From positions 21,889-85,888 of the forward strand of contig CAXGWI010000003.1 of NCBI GenBank assembly GCA_964013405.1: 64,000 nt of DNA. Direction: 5' to 3'. How positions within the stretch are numbered: the stretch's first letter is position 1; each line of letters begins with the position of its first letter. Of this stretch, positions 37,801 through 45,311 are shown piece after piece. The stretch comes from an uncultured Myxococcales bacterium. Lineage in GTDB: Bacteria; Myxococcota; UBA4151. The position numbers and the translations under genes are program-made. The notes beneath the pieces are model-generated. The model was not told where the DNA came from. It saw nothing but the letters and a program-made list of their open reading frames with translations, and did no database searches.

Positions 37801-39363
37801 AAATTGGGGTGCCTGATTGGGGGGGGGCGGCTCCGGCTGAACGGTGACGTTAAAGACCTGGACATTGAACCCATTGTTGGCGTCGGTCGCTCGAATTCGG
37901 CAGGAGAAGACCTCGCCTACCATATCGATCGTCGGGGTGTAGCGAAACACCCCCGTCCCCGCGTCGATGATGGATCCATTCGGGCAGTTGTTTCGACTCA
38001 AACTGTAGACGATCGCATCCCCATCCGGATCGACCGCATCCGCGTCGTAGACGTACTGGACCCCGGCGATCGCCGTGGTGGGTGCGTTACTCGTAAAGAC
38101 TGGCGGCGAATTCGGCGGCGGTGCCCCCTCGCCCACCGCAACCTCCCAAAAGTGGGTCACTGCCCCCCCTTGGCTGTCCCGCACGATCACACGGAAGGAG
38201 TGGGTCTCCCCCTCGTGGTCGACCGTGGGCGTCCAAGTCACAAGGCCGGTCACTCGGCTGACGACCACCCCATCGGGATTATTGCGCCCAATGTAGGTCA
38301 GCGTATCCCCATCGGGATCGATGGCGACGATCTGGTAGCTGTACTGCTCACCAACGGTGGCTGTTGTTGGGGGCTGCGACGTCACCTCTGGTGGGCCATT
38401 GGGCCGGTCGATGCTGATGGTGATCGTTTGGTCGTCACTCAGTGGCGGCACGCCATCATCCGTGACCGTGAAGGTCACTTGGTGCTCCCCCTCCTGGCCT
38501 GGCGTCGGTGTCCATCGAAACAAGCCGGTGGCCGTATTGAACTCAGCACCAGCCAACGGGCTCATGCTGAATGTCAACGGGTCATCATCTTCATCAAGGG
38601 CCTGGACCGTGAACTGAACCAGAGTGCCGGTGAGACCGGCCCGATCGTCCAGGTCGATGATCTCCGGCGGATGGTTCACATCCTGGGGGTCGTAGGTCCA
38701 AGCCACCGCATAGTTGGTGACCGAATTCTCGATCTCACCGAAGAAGCTGCCGACCCCATCGAGTCGGTCGGAGGCCTCAAGACCGGCGCTAATCGTCTGG
38801 CCACTCCCCCCAGGAATCTGGCGATAGTTGAAGTTGACGATATTGGGTTGCGTAAGACGAAGTTGGGCTTCGACGGCACCGATCTCGTTCCTGTTGAAAA
38901 ACGGCGCTCGCCAGGTGACGAGAAACTCATCGCCATCCATATGGACCCACACGCCATTCTCAAGTTGACCGCCGTTGATCGAGGGATTGAGATCCGTAAA
39001 GATGGGCGCAAGCATGCCCATGGGCGCGGCATTGTCCGGCAACTCCTGCCGGGGCGTGTAGTTCACCGAGGCCGTCGGAACGAACGTCACCCAGCCATTC
39101 GAGCACACGAAAATCGAGTTGTAAGTCTCACCGAAAAACTCAAAGCTAAAGCCGGGCGGGAAGTCGATCTCCCGGGTCTGGTCATCACCAAAGTCTAGAT
39201 TCGTCGCGCCTCGGCCTGGCTCGGTCCACTCGAAGGCCGGACCATCGGGCTCTTGGTTATCAACCCAAGTGTAACCACCGGAATTTTCGCCGCCGCCGCC
39301 ACGCCCTGCAAAAGCAGAGGTTGCGACAAAAGAGGTAAGAACTATGAGGGCTCGCAAACTCAT
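31750..39363 (-). CDS. Giant surface protein: N-terminal nidogen-like head, about 22 putative-Ig/cadherin-like repeats, two PKD-like domains, MYXO-CTERM-like tail
   Basis: Signal peptide; 22 units of about 95 aa starting 'N.xP.(I/F)(T/S)' with 'A.DPDGD.L' and 'G...WTP'; two 'P..DAGPD' units; C-terminal 'CGCAGTSPWDLGLWLLCGLFLLRRRRLV'. Confidence 0.9.
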   Translation of the reverse strand: MSLRALIVLTSFVATSAFAGRGGGGENSGGYTWVDNQEPDGPAFEWTEPGRGATNLDFGDDQTREIDFPPGFSFEFFGETYNSIFVCSNGWVTFVPTASVNYTPRQELPDNAAPMGMLAPIFTDLNPSINGGQLENGVWVHMDGDEFLVTWRAPFFNRNEIGAVEAQLRLTQPNIVNFNYRQIPGGSGQTISAGLEASDRLDGVGSFFGEIENSVTNYAVAWTYDPQDVNHPPEIIDLDDRAGLTGTLVQFTVQALDEDDDPLTFSMSPLAGAEFNTATGLFRWTPTPGQEGEHQVTFTVTDDGVPPLSDDQTITISIDRPNGPPEVTSQPPTTATVGEQYSYQIVAIDPDGDTLTYIGRNNPDGVVVSRVTGLVTWTPTVDHEGETHSFRVIVRDSQGGAVTHFWEVAVGEGAPPPNSPPVFTSNAPTTAIAGVQYVYDADAVDPDGDAIVYSLSRNNCPNGSIIDAGTGVFRYTPTIDMVGEVFSCRIRATDANNGFNVQVFNVTVQPEPPPPNQAPQFTTQPPLVAVVGGTYSYDADAVDPEGTPVVFSLDQGPTGSSVMANSGLVRWNPTPGQAGNSYQFILTAEDGDNFRNNQTWFVEVDEEPNNRPLVTSNPNTEAYVGLLYQYVILATDPDGDAISYDLLTAPEGTTMDPNGRLTWTPGEGLGGTLQFFRVRISDSRGASLLHEWNVLVSNEAPDNLDPVITSSPNTMAQIDQLYTYDVVATDGDGDPLQYALLTGPAGATLEDRQVRWTPTEADDGVARTFVVEVSDGQGGSTRQQWLVVASVDPGNNPPVFTSVPSQSATVGEAYRYDVTYDDPDGDSVTLRLVGGPAGVELRDDRVTWTPGPQDGGQRRRMTLELTDSRGATAQQVIDIDVEVVVANEPPVFTSEPEGTAFVDEEYVYRPQGNDPEGGIVTMHLTTAPAGARFEGGLLTWTPGQAEGGRSHAFELVIRDAQGAESSQGWQVFVDQNIANRAPAITSVPVTSAQVGELYTYQVTAEDPEGDTILFIFPDDNPPPDGMEIDNRTGEITWTPTADQGDEAHRVVVVAADEGGLFDAQIFDVGVGVNANGPPTITSAWPIEVPLGEQYVYTVVAEDPDGDALRYFIDEDRCPEDMVINMMTGRLTWMPSAPFVDTTVSCLLGVVDTGDLVDLQTISFRVVEGANQNSDPVITSSPSLVGSAGQLYAYNVTASDPDGDNLSYELLSGPNGARFVQQGPVNGIAWLVPEGAEGDSFAFEIVVRDGNGGSVNQAWTVTVGEGDANQPPVITSSPGLAAAPDLLYQYQIQAFDLDRDRMTYALLGGPVGATMDNQAGTLRWTPTEGQQGQSFSFRIEVRDENDGTAEQSWTVEVTGEPPPPQNRAPVIITEPPTEAEVGVEYRYAAEANDPDGDPLFWVLPEEQSPPEGMEVDAATGLVTWTPGEELDGRSVSVTLAVWDGVLWDAQVFQIGVGRPAANTAPQFTSSPPNQATAGEQFEYRATAEDPDGDPVFFGFVDDEECPFEVNSNTGMVTWTPSNALIGQTIACILVVVDPGELADTQALSLTVTDGAPANNPPVIISEPQDRVTEGQSYRYDARGEDEDEDRLTWRLTAGPPSAVLNPASGLLVWTPSDIDLGRTVSFAIELSDGRGGVHRQNWNVSVVPEEPLNEPPEIRSEPGTAAVANQAYRYDALAFDPNDDVLSWRLLESPRGAEINASSGTLLWIPSAGDRGEHVFQIEVSDGQASDRQRWEVVVSPPVGGNNPPAITTVPRTSVFLATEMSTFLRAIDPDGDPLTWRLVTVPAAALLEDQRLTWTPALGDLGRRHQFSVEVSDGRGGTDTLSWEVEVPNRPPSIESEPRLTAQARQSYSYSPRADDPDEGDVFSWDLDEAPEGMTIDSQTGRIQWVPTDEQGNRSFLVVLTVYDSQGAVDRQSWELGVDEDPGNRAPRITSFPEASVVAGEVYLYEVEASDADGDRMTFSLVEGDFPAGMSIDPSSGVLRWNVPLGLGGESVVFTVRVDDVNGLFDEQRTLLSVLNPAVNMAPVFGSEPPAEGVVGERYDFSPRAFDGEGDPFTVELVRGPPSAQCSDSRCNTLSWVPTGVGRYSFKLEATDSEENRSELAWEVVVSLPAPNALPAFTSSPETIARIGELYEYTARATDPDSDDELVFSLALNPPGMTIDEETGEIRWRPTRLDLGFQTVVVQVSDGNGGSATQEYELAVIDEGENAPPQFTSQPPTEAYPTLPYSYQVVASDSDGDPLLYELKDSPETMTIDENQLISWTPSLSEAGSEYRVVIEVTDGALVDTQIWTITVATEIPEGPIADAGPDQEVDPGLVQLDGSNSRDPFNGTLSYAWRLDEGPEPVEIASSAQAITTVDLRYPGDYTFKLTVTATDDAGESLSADDSVTIRVRYAGPIVDAGPDTRVSLSSEEGQRTVALDGTASTYQRGSDGTAAFLWEQVEGPRVEIEAADTLRPSFTVTEGGSYGFQLTITEEGFEPGTDTVMITVRAEQTSNSGVGEFAVPESPCGCAGTSPWDLGLWLLCGLFLLRRRRLV

Positions 39364-39429
39364 TTTCGCTCCGAACTCGGTAAGGCAAAAGGCAAACGAG
39401 GCCTTTTGCCCAGGGAGCGTAGCCTATTT

Positions 39430-39813
39430 TTAAGGTTCGCGCTCGCCCTCGCTCGCGAGGGAAGCGTCGGGACGCAAAGGATCCCAGGAGCCGTCCGACG
39501 GAATGGACTCACCGACAGCTGCCCGCTTCACGATCGGATCGTTGTGCCAATCAGCACCGGCATCAAACCACCGCATCCCTGCATCTCGCCGCGGCCCCCC
39601 ATCGACAAGTTGTGTTGGCGCTGGCCTGCGAGCCGCTGCTTCGATCTGACGGCGAAGGGTTTCTAGGGTTTCGTCGCTTGGCTCGGTCAATTCGAGCTCG
39701 GGATGACGAAGTTGCTCGGGCACCGTGTAGGTGGTGGGCGCCTCCCGCATCAGGGCAAGAAAGAGAAAGAGGAAGGCCAGCGCCACGAGGGCCACCGCCA
39801 AGCGGTGCCTCAC
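39430..39813 (-). CDS. Hypothetical membrane-anchored protein
   Basis: N-terminal TM; DGG/DAG motifs; GTG start overlaps the Hsp70 stop. Confidence 0.55.
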   Translation of the reverse strand: MRHRLAVALVALAFLFLFLALMREAPTTYTVPEQLRHPELELTEPSDETLETLRRQIEAAARRPAPTQLVDGGPRRDAGMRWFDAGADWHNDPIVKRAAVGESIPSDGSWDPLRPDASLASEGEREP

Positions 39814-41387
39814 GGGTCGCCAGACTCCGCAGCCCAGTCATCGGGCTCGGGGGCATCCGATGCCACTCGGTCGAGACCAGGGACCTTGAGAGAATGACGA
39901 ACGGCTTTTTTCGTATCCACATCCCGGGCATGAAGGGTGAGCAAACCGTCAACGCTTAGATCAAATCGAGTCTGCACACGGACACTGCCCGCATGACCTG
40001 GCTTGATGCCGTCGAAATTATGCTCACCCAGATGCTGGTTGTTGGCAGCGATCCGGTCCTCGCCCTGGTAGATCTTCATCACCAATTCCCGCTGATGGTC
40101 CCGACTGGTCGTAAAAATCAGATCCTTGCGGTTCGGCGTCGGCGTATTTTTCGGGAAGATTTCAAACATCTCCCCATCGGCTCGCTCGATGCCGATGGCC
40201 AGGGAGATCACATCGAGTAGGGTGACCGCTTGTTCAGCGCCTCCGGATTCGGCTTCCAGCGCACTGGCGAAAATAGCGGCCCCCAAAGCAACCGCTTCAT
40301 CGGGGTGAACCCCCTTTGACGGGGCTTTTCCGAAGTATTCGCTCACCTTGTCTGCCACGGCCGGCATGCGGCTTTGGCCACCGACCAAGAGAACCTCATC
40401 CACCTCTTCCGGTCGCAGGCCTGCGTCCTCAATCACGCCGGCGCAGACCTCGATGGTCCGATCGACCAGGTCCTGGACAAGGGACTGAAACTCTTCCCGA
40501 GTGATCACCCGCTCAACATCGAGAGGTTCACCGGCATCATTAAAGGCGACAAAGGGGACTGAGAAGGTGGCTTCCGTGCGACTGGAGAGGTCAATCTTTA
40601 CCTGTTCGCTCATCTCACGGAGGCGCTGGATCGTTGTCCCATCCTGGCTCAAATCAACGCCGTGTTCTTGCTGAAACTCGTTGATGATGAATTCGAGCAG
40701 CGCCTGATCGAAATTGATGCCGCCCAAGAACAGGTCACCATCGGTGGCCACGACCTCGAAGACGTTGTCCCTGATTTCGATAATGCTCACGTCGAAGGTG
40801 CCGCCACCGAGATCGAAGACAACGACTCGCTCGCTCAGTTCCCGGCCATAGCCGTAGGCGAGGGCGGCCGCTGTCGGCTCGTTAATGACCCGCACCACTT
40901 CCAGGCCAACGACGGCCCCTGCATCCTTCACGCTCTGCCGTTGCCGGTCATCGAAATAGGCAGGTACGGTCACCACAGCTTGGTCGATGCGCCGTTCCAA
41001 ATTGGTTTCGGCCATCTCGTGTACTGCGCCGAGAATACGCGCCGAAATGTCGGTGAGCGTCCGCCGCTTGCCGGCCAGCTCCACCTCGACCGTGTCGTGC
41101 TCGCTACGAATCAACGAGTACGTGAAGAAACGGGCGATCTCCTCGATAAAATCGGCGTCGTACTGACGGCCGATAAGGCGCTTTGCACCGTAAACGGTGT
41201 TGTTTGGATTGAGTTGCCATTGGCGGCGAGCATCAAAACCGACGAGCTCTCGGCCCTCGTCGTCAACCGCATAGATTGACGGAAAACTGAAGCCGCCGCC
41301 CGGCATCGTGACGAGTCTCGAGCGACCCTCGTCATCCGTATAGGCGGCAGCGCTATTGGTAGTCCCTAAATCGATACCGATGATCAA
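39810..41387 (-). CDS. Hsp70-family protein (DnaK paralogue lacking the C-terminal lid)
   Basis: 'IIGIDLGTTNS', 'TVPAYF', 'INEPTAAAL', 'FDLGGGTFDVS', 'LLVGGQSR', linker 'TLLDV'. Start inferred at TTG 41387 after GGAG. Confidence 0.9.
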   Translation of the reverse strand: MIIGIDLGTTNSAAAYTDDEGRSRLVTMPGGGFSFPSIYAVDDEGRELVGFDARRQWQLNPNNTVYGAKRLIGRQYDADFIEEIARFFTYSLIRSEHDTVEVELAGKRRTLTDISARILGAVHEMAETNLERRIDQAVVTVPAYFDDRQRQSVKDAGAVVGLEVVRVINEPTAAALAYGYGRELSERVVVFDLGGGTFDVSIIEIRDNVFEVVATDGDLFLGGINFDQALLEFIINEFQQEHGVDLSQDGTTIQRLREMSEQVKIDLSSRTEATFSVPFVAFNDAGEPLDVERVITREEFQSLVQDLVDRTIEVCAGVIEDAGLRPEEVDEVLLVGGQSRMPAVADKVSEYFGKAPSKGVHPDEAVALGAAIFASALEAESGGAEQAVTLLDVISLAIGIERADGEMFEIFPKNTPTPNRKDLIFTTSRDHQRELVMKIYQGEDRIAANNQHLGEHNFDGIKPGHAGSVRVQTRFDLSVDGLLTLHARDVDTKKAVRHSLKVPGLDRVASDAPEPDDWAAESGDP

Positions 41388-41520
41388 TGGGAGTCGACTC
41401 CATCCCGTGTTGGGGCGCACGTTAGCAGCGGCAGAGAGAAGTCCGCAAGTTCCATGAATCCGGCGCTTGACGCTCAGCCCGCTTGTGCACATGGTGACCT
41501 GCACCAAAGGGGGCCTTAAC

Positions 41521-43137
41521 TTGCGGATCCTCAGTTCAACTCTCGCCCTTTTCGCACTGACGTCGTGTGCAAGCACGCCAGAACCCACGGAACCGATCAC
41601 CAGTGCAGGGTCGAATCGCCTCGCTGCCGCGACGCCAACCGTGGAGCAAGACCGGGAACTCCTCGATGCCTATATGGCCTTGAGTCGGTCTACGGCCGGT
41701 AACACCGGTGCGGTCGAAGAAAAAGCCTACGCCATCGATGAAAACGAGACAGACCCCTTCAAGATGATGAAGTGGGCAGTCGTTCAAGCCGATCGTCAAA
41801 AAGGCTGGCGCACCTGCATGAAGATGAAAAATCTTCAAGAGCGCGGCCAGATCAACAGCTTCGCGCCCTGGCCCTTTCTCTGCCGAGGGATGTTCCTGGC
41901 CGAACAGCGCATGTTCACCCAAGCCGATATGCTGCTGGGACCCACGTCCATCAAGCTGGCATCGATCCATTACGCCTACGTCTTAGGGCATCTCGCTCGG
42001 AAGCGTTTCGACAAGGCTCGCAAGCATCTGAAAGCGGCCGAGGGCCTCGTCGCTGACCACCCCTTGATCAACTTGGTCAAAGCCCAAGCGAGCGCTGATC
42101 CCACCGAGGAGCTGGCCCTCTTGGAAAAAGTCTACGCTGTGGACAAGAACCACTTCTGGGTCCTCCAGAAGCTGGCCGCACACTATGACAAGGGCGGCGA
42201 CCCCCGAGCCACCGAACTCCTGATGAAAGCGGCGGCGATCGACAGCGAAAACACCGACCTCAGGCTGCAACTGGCCGAGCGCTTCGCCAAGGAGCGCCGC
42301 TATGACGAAGCGGCCGCACAACATAAGGCGGTTCTTGAGGTCCGCCCCCGCCAAGAAAGCAGCTTAAACTTCCTGATTGGCTACAGTCGGGACAACAGCG
42401 ATACGGTGGGTGAGCTCAAATGGCTCGATGCGTCCATCGCCTCCCTCGGGAAAACAGACGCACGCTTTTTCCACCGGGCCAAACTGCTCGATAAACTGAA
42501 GCGAGGGCCCGAAGCTAAAAAGGTCTTCAGCGGTCTGTTGAATCGAACAGAAAAGAAGCTCAAGCGACTGCGCAACAATATCGAGGTGCTCAAGGAGAAG
42601 ATCGCTGCGAAGGATGTGAAAGAAGAGGATAAAAAAGCGATGGAGGCCCAGCTTGCCCAACAGGAAGCCAAAGGGCCTGCGTTCACCGAACGGCTCGTTG
42701 CATCCCGCATGTTTATGGCCCGGTGGGAGATCGCAAAGGGAACCCCCATGAACGCTTTGAGCTTCCTTTCAGAGGCAGGCGAAGAGGGTCAGGCGAAGCT
42801 CAATGCCATGCGCCAAGAGTTTGAGATGGGATCGCCGGCACCGGCGGCCCGCTCCATCGATCCGATCATCTGGAACATCGATGCCAAGCTGAAAAAGCGT
42901 TTCAAAGCGGCGAAGTCTCGGGATGCGTACGTGAAAGGTGGGCGTATGACTTGGACCCTGCGCTTCAACGATGTCGGCGAAGTCGCTGAGGTCTTTCGCG
43001 ATGAGGATAGCCCGGTGGTTGACCCCTGGTTCCTCACCGGCGCCGAATTGCTGCTTCTCACCATCAAGTGCGGTGCGAAGTGCAATGGTGGCAGGCTCCG
43101 AGGCAACGAGATCGAGTATCCGGCCCGTTTCCCGTGA
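41521..43137 (+). CDS. TPR lipoprotein with a C-terminal TonB-C/AgmX-PglI-like domain
   Basis: 'LTSC' lipobox (TTG 41521); several TPRs; coiled coil; 'GRMTWTLRFNDVGEVAEV...DP...IEYPARF'. Confidence 0.7.
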   Translation: MRILSSTLALFALTSCASTPEPTEPITSAGSNRLAAATPTVEQDRELLDAYMALSRSTAGNTGAVEEKAYAIDENETDPFKMMKWAVVQADRQKGWRTCMKMKNLQERGQINSFAPWPFLCRGMFLAEQRMFTQADMLLGPTSIKLASIHYAYVLGHLARKRFDKARKHLKAAEGLVADHPLINLVKAQASADPTEELALLEKVYAVDKNHFWVLQKLAAHYDKGGDPRATELLMKAAAIDSENTDLRLQLAERFAKERRYDEAAAQHKAVLEVRPRQESSLNFLIGYSRDNSDTVGELKWLDASIASLGKTDARFFHRAKLLDKLKRGPEAKKVFSGLLNRTEKKLKRLRNNIEVLKEKIAAKDVKEEDKKAMEAQLAQQEAKGPAFTERLVASRMFMARWEIAKGTPMNALSFLSEAGEEGQAKLNAMRQEFEMGSPAPAARSIDPIIWNIDAKLKKRFKAAKSRDAYVKGGRMTWTLRFNDVGEVAEVFRDEDSPVVDPWFLTGAELLLLTIKCGAKCNGGRLRGNEIEYPARFP

Positions 43138-43142
43138 GTTCC

Positions 43143-43676
43143 ATGGTCAGGGCCCTCTACGGGGGCTCCTTTGACCCCCCTCACTTCGGCCACCAGATGG
43201 CCATCCTATACCTACTAGAGGGGGGCTATGCCGACGAGGTGCGAGTCATCCCGTGCTTCGACCACCCCTTTGGCAAAGAACTGAGCCCCTTCCCGTTACG
43301 ACTCAGTTACTGTGAAGCCCTGGTACGCCCATTCGGGGGCCGGGCCGTTGTTGACCCGATCGAAGAGACACTGGCTCGGCCGAGCTACAGCTATCGGACG
43401 GCCGAAAGCCTCGCAGCGCGCTTTCCCGAAGACCAACTCCGGTGGATCATCGGTAGCGATGCCGCCCAGGCAGCAGATCAGTGGGCAGAGAGCGATCGAC
43501 TCCAGCGAGTTGCACCGTTCTTGGTCTTGGCTCGCAAGGGCGCGCCACCAGACAAAAACCAGGCCCCACTCGTCCTTCCCGAAGTGGCCAGCCGAGATCT
43601 CCGCCAGCGACTTGCCCAGGGGGAAAACCTTAAAGGCTGGATCCCCGAATCGGTGCTGACACGGCTGAACAACTAG
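43143..43676 (+). CDS. nadD: Nicotinate-nucleotide adenylyltransferase
   Basis: 'LYGGSFDPPHFGH', 'HPFGKEL', 'SYSYRT', 'WIIGSD', 'VASRDLR'. Confidence 0.9.
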   Translation: MVRALYGGSFDPPHFGHQMAILYLLEGGYADEVRVIPCFDHPFGKELSPFPLRLSYCEALVRPFGGRAVVDPIEETLARPSYSYRTAESLAARFPEDQLRWIIGSDAAQAADQWAESDRLQRVAPFLVLARKGAPPDKNQAPLVLPEVASRDLRQRLAQGENLKGWIPESVLTRLNN

Positions 43677-43708
43677 TTTGCGCCGGCGTTCTCTGATACG
43701 GATGGTCT

Positions 43709-43918
43709 ATGGCGATGAACGACGACCATAGCGATCTGCGCAGCCGAATTCAGCAACTCAAGGACGACCACCAGGCCCTCAAAGCCCAACTGCTCGAACT
43801 ACGGGACCGCCCCTATCTAACGGTCGAGGAACAGATCGAAGTGCGGACCTTGCAAAAGATGAAGCTCATGAAGAAGGACTCCCTGGCCATGCTGCTCTCG
43901 GTCGGCGGCCACGCCTGA
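43709..43918 (+). CDS. DUF465/YdcH-like small coiled-coil protein
   Basis: 'LKDDHQALKAQL...YLTVEEQIE...LQKMKLMKKD'. Confidence 0.75.
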   Translation: MAMNDDHSDLRSRIQQLKDDHQALKAQLLELRDRPYLTVEEQIEVRTLQKMKLMKKDSLAMLLSVGGHA

Positions 43919-43925
43919 AGTCGAC

Positions 43926-44762
43926 TTACTCGTCGTCAGCTAAGCCACTGGTGAAGTCGCTGCGATGCTCCTCGTACTCGTATGCATAGATCTGCTCTGA
44001 GGCGATGATGAAGGCCTTGAAGATTGGCTTCGCCAGGCGCCCAGAGCCATTGCAACTGAAACGCCGGTAGTTATCCCGCCTGCCCTTGTTCTTGCAGCCC
44101 CTAGCCACCGCTCGCATGGCTGACGAACTCTTCTTCCCATCCGCAGGAACCGCCTTGGCAGCGATGATCTTTGTGTCCTTGATATCGATAGCGACCCCTA
44201 GAAAGACCTGGCGTTTCCCCTCTTCGACCTGGCGCAGGATAATCCAGCCGGAGCGATGCTTTTGATCCATGTCTTCGTAGGCAACCCGATTACCCGTGAG
44301 GTTTCGGACCGGCCCTCTGGCCTCCGGGTCGGTCCACGTTAAGATCACCTTCCCTTTGACCTCTTCTGGCTTGGGGGACGAAGAGAAGACCTTCGCCTGC
44401 TTGTAGAGCCGCTGCCGGGCATATTCGTTTGGCTCGGGTTCGAAGGCTGCAAAGTGAGTCACGCCCGGGATGAGGTCCCGTAGCGTGATCGACCGAGACC
44501 GGATGTAGGTCAGTACATCCCAAGCTTCGAGGGCCGAAAGACGGCGACCATCCCAACCTTCCAGCGGACCGATTCCCTTGCCTCGAGCGAGGGCTTTAAT
44601 CACCTTCCGCTCGCCCACATCGTTGAGTCGAATGGGATCAAAGAGAACCTCAGCCTTACATGACTTGCAGTGAGAGGCCACGAGCCGAGTCCCATTGGGG
44701 AGATCGCCGGTCTGCATCGGCAGACCGGCGACGACGATTGTTGCAGCAAATGCAAGGGACAT
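43926..44762 (-). CDS. Exported protein with a cytochrome-c-like N-terminal domain carrying CxxCK
   Basis: AGGAG RBS; 'GDLPNGTRLVASHCKSCK' and 'LSALEAWDVLTYIRS' match the terminal helices of class I cytochrome c. Confidence 0.6.
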   Translation of the reverse strand: MSLAFAATIVVAGLPMQTGDLPNGTRLVASHCKSCKAEVLFDPIRLNDVGERKVIKALARGKGIGPLEGWDGRRLSALEAWDVLTYIRSRSITLRDLIPGVTHFAAFEPEPNEYARQRLYKQAKVFSSSPKPEEVKGKVILTWTDPEARGPVRNLTGNRVAYEDMDQKHRSGWIILRQVEEGKRQVFLGVAIDIKDTKIIAAKAVPADGKKSSSAMRAVARGCKNKGRRDNYRRFSCNGSGRLAKPIFKAFIIASEQIYAYEYEEHRSDFTSGLADDE

Positions 44763-44771
44763 GAACAACTC

Positions 44772-45311
44772 CTAACGGCGACGCAGCAGGGGCCGACGGC
44801 TCCTACCAGAGGTGGGTTGGGCCGACTGCTCCGTTTGCAGGTCCGGCGCTGGCCAGACATCTGCGTGGAGTCCAAATTCCGTCTCCACATCGACGCCATC
44901 GATCGTTCCAGTCACCTTCACCAAATACGAACCGCTCGCTGGCAAGGTCACGTGAAAGCCATAGGTCCCACGATCCGGTAACGAATGAACCCACCGGCCC
45001 GTCGGCTTTGCCTTGCGCAATGCCCGCCGCAACTTTCGGTCCTTGGTCACTTTCATATCGGGCCGAATCTCAGCGCTCAGGCGAGCTTTAGTGACGGGCA
45101 CAGGCCCCCCAACCCCCTTCTTGCTGATCTGGACTTTGACCTCAGTCACGGTGTCCATCTTTGGAACACCTGGAAGGATCTCGATGGACACCTGGGTGCC
45201 TGCAAGCTGGCGCTGAAGAATGCGCGCTGCGGGGGCAGGAGGGGGGGCGTCCGCAACGGCTTGCGCCGGTGGAGCCGCCAAGAGAAAGAAGGGGATGAGG
45301 GCCTGAGTCAT
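44772..45311 (-). CDS. Exported YtkA/FixH-like beta-sandwich protein
   Basis: Signal-like N-terminus; 'GTYGFHVTLPASGSYLVKV'; coupled to the DsbA-like gene. Confidence 0.5.
   Translation of the reverse strand: MTQALIPFFLLAAPPAQAVADAPPPAPAARILQRQLAGTQVSIEILPGVPKMDTVTEVKVQISKKGVGGPVPVTKARLSAEIRPDMKVTKDRKLRRALRKAKPTGRWVHSLPDRGTYGFHVTLPASGSYLVKVTGTIDGVDVETEFGLHADVWPAPDLQTEQSAQPTSGRSRRPLLRRR

Noticed and set aside
37819..37827. G9 tract in the adhesin (also C8-C9 tracts near 25617 and 25710) as phase-variation switches
   Set aside because: All are in frame and encode Pro-rich linkers; such runs are expected at this GC content, and there is no frameshift evidence.
37294..39198. 634-aa plus-strand ORF
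   Set aside because: Antisense shadow of the adhesin with no motifs; expected in high-GC coding DNA.
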